Assembly (NCBI GenBank): GCA_965227295.1
Contig: OZ245742.1
Location: 3,680,001-3,744,000, forward strand
Length of the DNA: 64,000 nucleotides
Direction: 5' to 3'
Origin: Leptonemataceae bacterium
GTDB lineage: Bacteria > Spirochaetota > Leptospiria > Leptospirales > Leptonemataceae
Below are positions 59,263 to 64,000 of the stretch, in pieces (positions within the stretch are counted from its first letter, which is position 1; each line of letters opens with the position of its first letter). Both the position numbers and the translations under genes were made by a program. The notes beneath the pieces were generated by a model. The model made no database searches, had not been told where the DNA came from, and was given only the letters and a program-made list of their open reading frames with translations.

Positions 59263-59375
59263 ACTGTTAGCGGCCGCCGGTTAAAGAAATGCCACGGCGG
59301 CCGCCTTTGTTCTGATCCTCGTTCTGACGCCATTGGTCTTCGGCCGGCACAGTACGTAGGGAATGTGAGATCCTG

Positions 59376-59400
59376 GGGGGCAGCGATGCCCCCTTTTTTT
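59376..59400 (+). terminator. Intrinsic terminator downstream of fliF
   Basis: gggggca-gcga-tgccccc-ttttttt; an additional 10-bp hairpin lies at 59270-59304. Confidence 0.85.
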
Positions 59401-59429
59401 CGTTGGGCGTCTTTGCGATCATACGAGTC

Positions 59430-60749
59430 ATGAACGTCCAGGAACAAATTCAGTTCGCCCGTTTCTTCGTAATCGAAGCGGCCGCAGAGATCGGAGCCGA
59501 CGTTCTGGCTTATCTGAATCGGGACGAAACCAAAGATCTAAAGCGTTGGTTGATGGATCGAACTCCGCCTTATCCGGAATTCAGGGAAGGTCTGCTCATC
59601 TGGTGGAACAAAGTGGCGCTGGAGGAATCGAACGCGATCGATCTTACCGCCGCGCTCGATCCGGAACTTCGACGGCGATTGTTTCCAGACACAAAGCCTG
59701 CGCTGCGCGAGCGACGAGACGATGGTCTCGCCGAACTCGGCCCATTGATTCAACAGCGTAACGCTCATCATCCCGGCGAACCAATTGAGGAACTGAGCGT
59801 CGACGAACGTGCGCGGCGGGAAATGTTTGAAAACTTTCTAGCGGCGTTTGTAGAGCAATCGGGGGCGGCGCTGGAACGTCTCGATCGGGCCGCGGCCGCG
59901 ATGAGCGCGGAATACCTGGAGAGGCAGGAGCGTCGCTTGCCCGCGCAGGACCTGCGCCTGGAGTTCTTGCGGGGAGTGGCCGCGCGTCTGGGCGTGGAGC
60001 AGACCGAACAACAGCGAAGTTTTGTTCGGGGATTGCATGATCGTGAAGTGCGACTTGTATTCGCGTACTTGAACCATTGCGATATCAGGCCAGCATCCAG
60101 GGGACTCTTGCGTTCCGGCGAGCGAAGCAAGGATGCCGTCCAAAGATTGCGCCGGGTGTATCGTCGCCTGTTCGCGGGGAGGCGCGCTTGCAGGCCGGTG
60201 CGGGAATGGGAGATAGGTTCGGAAGATGAGTATCGGCCGCTTGCGTTTGGCACGGGTAAGGACGGTGCTTTATACACGCTGGAAATTTTGCATGATGATC
60301 GGGCTGCTGTGAAGGGTATGATCGAGCGTTTGTCGCCCGATGGTGAGCGGGTCAGGGTTGTGCATATCGCCGGGACAGCGGAGAGGTATGCACAGGACTT
60401 ACGGGTTACGGAAGACGCCCTTCATATTCTATTTGGCCCGCGCGGATATCTGGATCACGGTGATGACGATGCGGAACCGGTATACTCGATCGCGCGACTG
60501 AGTCATGATGGCTCCTTCCTGGATGAGAAAATCCTTTCGGAGGATGAGAACATTCACTCTGGCATGGATCGGCTTGTGCCGGATGAGCTACAGTTTTATC
60601 GATCGTTCACGCCAATGCCCGAGCACTTGCATCGCCTGATGTTTCGCGACACCGACGGGCGCCGATTTAGCTTTGAGCGTTTTGTTGTGCGGGGCGATTT
60701 TCTGGCGGCAAGAATCGGCGGACGCATCCTGATCTACGCCCTGAAGTGA
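59430..60749 (+). CDS. Hypothetical protein with a FliF C-terminal-like motif and a weak FliG_N-like N-terminus
   Basis: ELSVDERARREMFEN versus FliF ELSVDEKARREMLEN; 439-aa ORF. Confidence 0.7.
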   Translation: MNVQEQIQFARFFVIEAAAEIGADVLAYLNRDETKDLKRWLMDRTPPYPEFREGLLIWWNKVALEESNAIDLTAALDPELRRRLFPDTKPALRERRDDGLAELGPLIQQRNAHHPGEPIEELSVDERARREMFENFLAAFVEQSGAALERLDRAAAAMSAEYLERQERRLPAQDLRLEFLRGVAARLGVEQTEQQRSFVRGLHDREVRLVFAYLNHCDIRPASRGLLRSGERSKDAVQRLRRVYRRLFAGRRACRPVREWEIGSEDEYRPLAFGTGKDGALYTLEILHDDRAAVKGMIERLSPDGERVRVVHIAGTAERYAQDLRVTEDALHILFGPRGYLDHGDDDAEPVYSIARLSHDGSFLDEKILSEDENIHSGMDRLVPDELQFYRSFTPMPEHLHRLMFRDTDGRRFSFERFVVRGDFLAARIGGRILIYALK

Positions 60750-60757
60750 TGTATGCG

Positions 60758-61225
60758 TCATATCTCTTCCGGTTCCATGTACTCCGCATACGCATGCAGT
60801 CGATCTTCCAGCGGCCCCAGCAAATGCCGCCGCGCGTCTTCGATTTCTTCCGCGGTCCATTCGTTATCGCCGGCGTTCTGGATCTCATCGCGTTTGTTCA
60901 TCGATACGTTGCGCAGGATGATCTCACGTAGTTCCGGTGCCGCACCGAAACACGCCGCCGCGATTGTTCGGCCGTCCAGAGGGCGTAACAAATCCTGCAA
61001 TGTTCGTGCGTGAAGTTTTTGCAAGGCCGCAAAGGGTAAGCGAAAGAAAGTTAGCGATTTTGCGAGCGGCGCCGCGCTTTCCAGGAGACCCGCGAATTCC
61101 CGGGCGAGTTCCGGAGACAGCCGGCGCATTACATCATGGAGCACATCCGCCGCGGGTCGCGGGGAGGGCGGCTCGCCGAGATTTAACAGGGCTTCGATTT
61201 CTTCGGGGGAGAGGAATTCGGTCAC
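60758..61225 (-). CDS. FliM-type N-terminal peptide fused to a FliG C-terminal-like domain
   Basis: MTEFLSPEEIEALL; FAALQKLHARTLQDLLRPLDGRTIAAACFGAAPELREIILRNVS...EEIEDARRHLL. Confidence 0.72.
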   Translation of the reverse strand: MTEFLSPEEIEALLNLGEPPSPRPAADVLHDVMRRLSPELAREFAGLLESAAPLAKSLTFFRLPFAALQKLHARTLQDLLRPLDGRTIAAACFGAAPELREIILRNVSMNKRDEIQNAGDNEWTAEEIEDARRHLLGPLEDRLHAYAEYMEPEEI

Positions 61226-61689
61226 GTATCACGTTTCCGCTGAATTTCCTGAAGCACGGCCACGTCCCACTGGTCGATCTCGCGCGATGTGGACTTGCTG
61301 CGAATCAAAGAGGCGATTCCCATGTACGGAATCATTACACCGTCGACTTCCTTTACAGCGCGATCCGCAAGTGCTTCTTCGTAGGTGACGTCCCATGCGC
61401 TGATCGCAACATCCACTTCAATTTCATCTGCGATCTTCAGGACAATGTGCTCTACGATGTCCTGCGCCAGGATCGGCTCCGGCAATTCCGGGAAAAGCTT
61501 TTCGAGCGCGGCCACCGTGCGCTTTAGATTTTCCGGGGTGTTTCGAATGAGAATATCGTAATCGTTCGTGGCCCGGACGTGGCCCTGGAGAGCGCAGGCA
61601 TAGGCGCCGGTGAACATATACTCTACTTCGTGGCTATTGAAAACAGTGGCCACGTCCGAGAGTGTGCGCCACGGATCATTCGGCGCCAT
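61222..61689 (-). CDS. Minimal nucleotidyltransferase (DUF6036-like)
   Basis: EYMFTGAYACALQGHVRATNDYDI...SLIRSKSTSREIDQWD. Confidence 0.82.
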   Translation of the reverse strand: MAPNDPWRTLSDVATVFNSHEVEYMFTGAYACALQGHVRATNDYDILIRNTPENLKRTVAALEKLFPELPEPILAQDIVEHIVLKIADEIEVDVAISAWDVTYEEALADRAVKEVDGVMIPYMGIASLIRSKSTSREIDQWDVAVLQEIQRKRDT

Positions 61690-61695
61690 GACGCC

Positions 61696-61884
61696 TCACA
61701 ACTCCCGGGCCGCGCGGGTGCGGACGAATTCGTCGTGTTCTTCCCAGGTGCGGAACTTGTAGACTCCGCGCGGCTTTTTGTACGGGCGGAGCCGTTCCAT
61801 CTCGGCGACCAAACGATGCATGCGCCGGTAGTTTTCGATGACGTTGTTTGGATCGGGGGCGTTGGGACCTGTAATCCGCTTCAC
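61696..61884 (-). CDS. Small partner protein upstream of the nucleotidyltransferase
   Basis: 62 aa with PRGVYKFRTWEE motif; co-oriented, 6-nt gap. Confidence 0.65.
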   Translation of the reverse strand: MKRITGPNAPDPNNVIENYRRMHRLVAEMERLRPYKKPRGVYKFRTWEEHDEFVRTRAAREL

Positions 61885-61997
61885 GCATCTATCAGATGCG
61901 CGGAAATTTCGGTGTCAAGCTGAATCGGCGGGGCCCGCGTGTTGCGGATTGACAGGATTTGTAGTGCCGGCACACTTTTCGGCAGGATTTCCCCGGA

Positions 61998-62442
61998 ATG
62001 GATGACGCGATGTTTGATCTCACTGCGGTACTGGTAAGCAGCCTGGCTGCGCTGACTTGCTTCCGGGTTTTCCGCGTGATCCATCGGATCCGGCGCCTGG
62101 TTCCTGTGGCCGTGCGCTGGTTCCGGCCGTCTTCGCTCTACGCGCGTCGGCATCGCTAATCGACCTGGTTCATCTTCCTCGGACTATCGCTGGCGTTGGC
62201 CGCGGCGGTGTTTTTGGTCGGTCTCGCATTGGAATGGTTCGTCGGTGATCGTAAGATTGTCGAGCGGCACTTCTGGACCTTCCTGCTCGCCGTGAGCGCG
62301 ACGCCGATTGCCTGGTATGCCTGGTTTGTGCGGGACCGCAACCGCTCAGAAGAGCTGAAGAACGACAGGTTCAAGAACATTCGCGAGAGTTTCTACAAGC
62401 TTCAGGAATGGGCGGTCAGTGACAACGAGGGGCAGGTGACCA
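61998..62442 (+). pseudogene. 5' part of a membrane-protein gene with an in-frame TAA (62157-62159), interrupted by a group II intron
   Basis: ATG 61998 is in frame with track ORF 62196; a hydrophobic helix TWFIFLGLSLALAAAVFLVGLAL starts right after the TAA; intron begins at 62443. Confidence 0.6.
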
Positions 62443-64000
62443 GTGCGCCGGGCAAAGCCCGATGTTTCTGATAAGGTGAAAGTCCATATGAAGTAAAGTT
62501 TAGCGAACAACTTCTACCGAGTGTTGCGTGGAAGCGGGTAACCGCCACACGAAGCGTACACAGGGAAGCATGCAGGCCGTAGGGGAGTCCACACTCCCGG
62601 AAGCTGTTGAGCCTCGTAAAATGCCATAGATGCAGACGGTGACATCATTGGTCAGATGGAAACCAGCACAAAGGAATCGTTTTAGCGAGATTCTGGAGGT
62701 CTGTCGGGGTCGCTTGAGCGCGGCATGTATGCAGAGAAACATCGTGGAACCCGGGAGACCCCGTTGGTTCCTTCGACGATAGCGAAGGTAATTCTGACCG
62801 AATGAACAAGGAAGAATGATGATCAACGGGGAGTCGGATCAGCCCATAGTACTCAGAGGGCGGGAGAGCCGTCCACAGAATCGAATGAAACTCGAATGGA
62901 GTTTCGACGGGTTCGGTCTTCGCGTGCGATGCGCGATGATCGGGGAAGGGGCTGACGAAAGTACGCAGCTCGCAGAGTCAACATCAGCCGGACGGCAGGA
63001 TCGGAACAACTGATGCAAACCTCACTACGGGCAATAGCAAATAAAGCGAGGAGGAGTAAGAAACATCTGTTTCGTAATCTGTATGGGATGCTCAACCAGA
63101 TGAATCTCGAAGATTCGTTCGCAGGAATGAATCGCCGGGCGGCTCCGGGCGTGGACCGTGAAACGTTTCGCGACTACGAAGCGAACCTTACGGAAAATGT
63201 CGGGGATCTGGTGGAACGCTTAAAACAGAAACGATACCGAACAAAACTGATTCGCAGGGTCTTTATCCCGAAAGCGGACGGAAAACAACGTCCGCTTGGA
63301 TTGCCGGCCCTCGAAGACAAACTGGTACAAACATGCGCGACGCGTATCCTTGAAGCGATCTATGAGCAAGACTTCCTGTCGTGTTCGTATGGTTATCGGC
63401 CGAACACCGGTCCGCGTGAGGCTTCGAAGACTCTGAGTTCAACTTTGAGTCCGGGGAAGCTCGGCTGGATTGTGGAAGCCGACATCAAGGGTTTCTTCGA
63501 CAACATTGACCATGATTGGTTGATGCGAATGCTGGAGCAACGAATCGATGATCGGGCCTTTCTCGGTCTGATTCGCAAGTGGCTGAAAGCAGGCGTGCTG
63601 GAGGTAAACGGTCAGGTCTCGCGCCCGACCGCTGGTACTCCTCAAGGCGGCGTGATCAGTCCGGTTCTGGCGAACGTCTATCTTCATTACGTACTGGACC
63701 TCTGGTTCGAGAAAGTGGTGAAGAAGCACTGCAAGAGACCGGCCTATATGTGTCGATACGCGGACGATTTTGTTTGCGCCTTTGAATCCAAAGACGATGC
63801 GCTGAAATTCTATGCGACGCTTGGAAAACGTTTGCGAAAGTTTGGTCTGGAACTGGCGCCGGAAAAGTCAGGAGTGAAAAGTTTCGAGCGCCCGGGCTTC
63901 CGCGCGAAGTTCAATACCGGGCGTGAGGCGTTCGTATTTCTAGGCTTTGAATACCGCTGGGCTCGTTCTCGAAAGGGGTTCTGGTGGGTTCCGCGTCGCA
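62443..64000 (+). mobile_element. Group II intron (IIB-type), 5' part; continues beyond window
   Basis: GUGCG 5' end; EBS1 tggtca (62649-62654, in a catc/gatg stem-loop) is complementary to IBS1 tgacca (62437-62442); RT ORF downstream. Confidence 0.92.
63013..64000 (+). CDS. ltrA: Group II intron reverse transcriptase/maturase (partial)
   Basis: MQTSLRAIANKA..., APGVD, RRVFIPKADGKQRPLGLP, SYGYRP, EADIKGFFD, GTPQGGVISPVLANVYL, YADD (63757-63768), FVFLGF. Confidence 0.96.
   Translation, partial: MQTSLRAIANKARRSKKHLFRNLYGMLNQMNLEDSFAGMNRRAAPGVDRETFRDYEANLTENVGDLVERLKQKRYRTKLIRRVFIPKADGKQRPLGLPALEDKLVQTCATRILEAIYEQDFLSCSYGYRPNTGPREASKTLSSTLSPGKLGWIVEADIKGFFDNIDHDWLMRMLEQRIDDRAFLGLIRKWLKAGVLEVNGQVSRPTAGTPQGGVISPVLANVYLHYVLDLWFEKVVKKHCKRPAYMCRYADDFVCAFESKDDALKFYATLGKRLRKFGLELAPEKSGVKSFERPGFRAKFNTGREAFVFLGFEYRWARSRKGFWWVPRR

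Noticed and set aside
62500..63013. Small ORFs upstream of the RT
   Set aside because: They lie within the intron ribozyme domains
63013..64000. RT as a DGR, retron or CRISPR-associated RT acting on the fibre gene or the 36-kb repeats
   Set aside because: The motifs and the upstream GUGCG/EBS1 structure are those of a group II intron; differences between repeat copies are not adenine-specific
1..64000. tRNA, rRNA or IS transposase genes
   Set aside because: None recognised by eye; tRNAscan-SE, Rfam and ISEScan would be needed to exclude them

Overview
GC-rich bacterial chromosome segment. The marker genes (LipL31 beside mfd, P83/100, flagellar collar FlcA, LA_2486/LA_2490-type SGNH proteins, flgB-flgC-fliE-fliF) point to a Leptospiraceae-type spirochete. 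Most of the window (about 5-59 kb) holds housekeeping and envelope genes. Two long CDSs are absent from the ORF track because they run off the window edges: a >=1615-aa DUF6519/DUF2341/LamG/tail-collar fibre-like protein (4845 to <1, minus strand) and a group II intron reverse transcriptase (63013 to >64000). The most unusual region follows fliF, where fliG would be expected. After a strong terminator lies an accessory island with proteins that appear built from flagellar switch parts: one ORF carries a protein-conserved copy of the FliF C-terminal motif, and another fuses a FliM-type N-terminal peptide to a FliG C-terminal-like domain and is translationally coupled to a nucleotidyltransferase pair. 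Also present are a tandem duplicated non-coding element with a conserved scaffold and variable inserts (36.0-36.5 kb), a dispersed REP-like inverted-repeat family, and a group II intron with visible EBS1/IBS1 pairing inserted in a stop-interrupted gene. All family assignments come from motif recognition by eye; no database searches were run.
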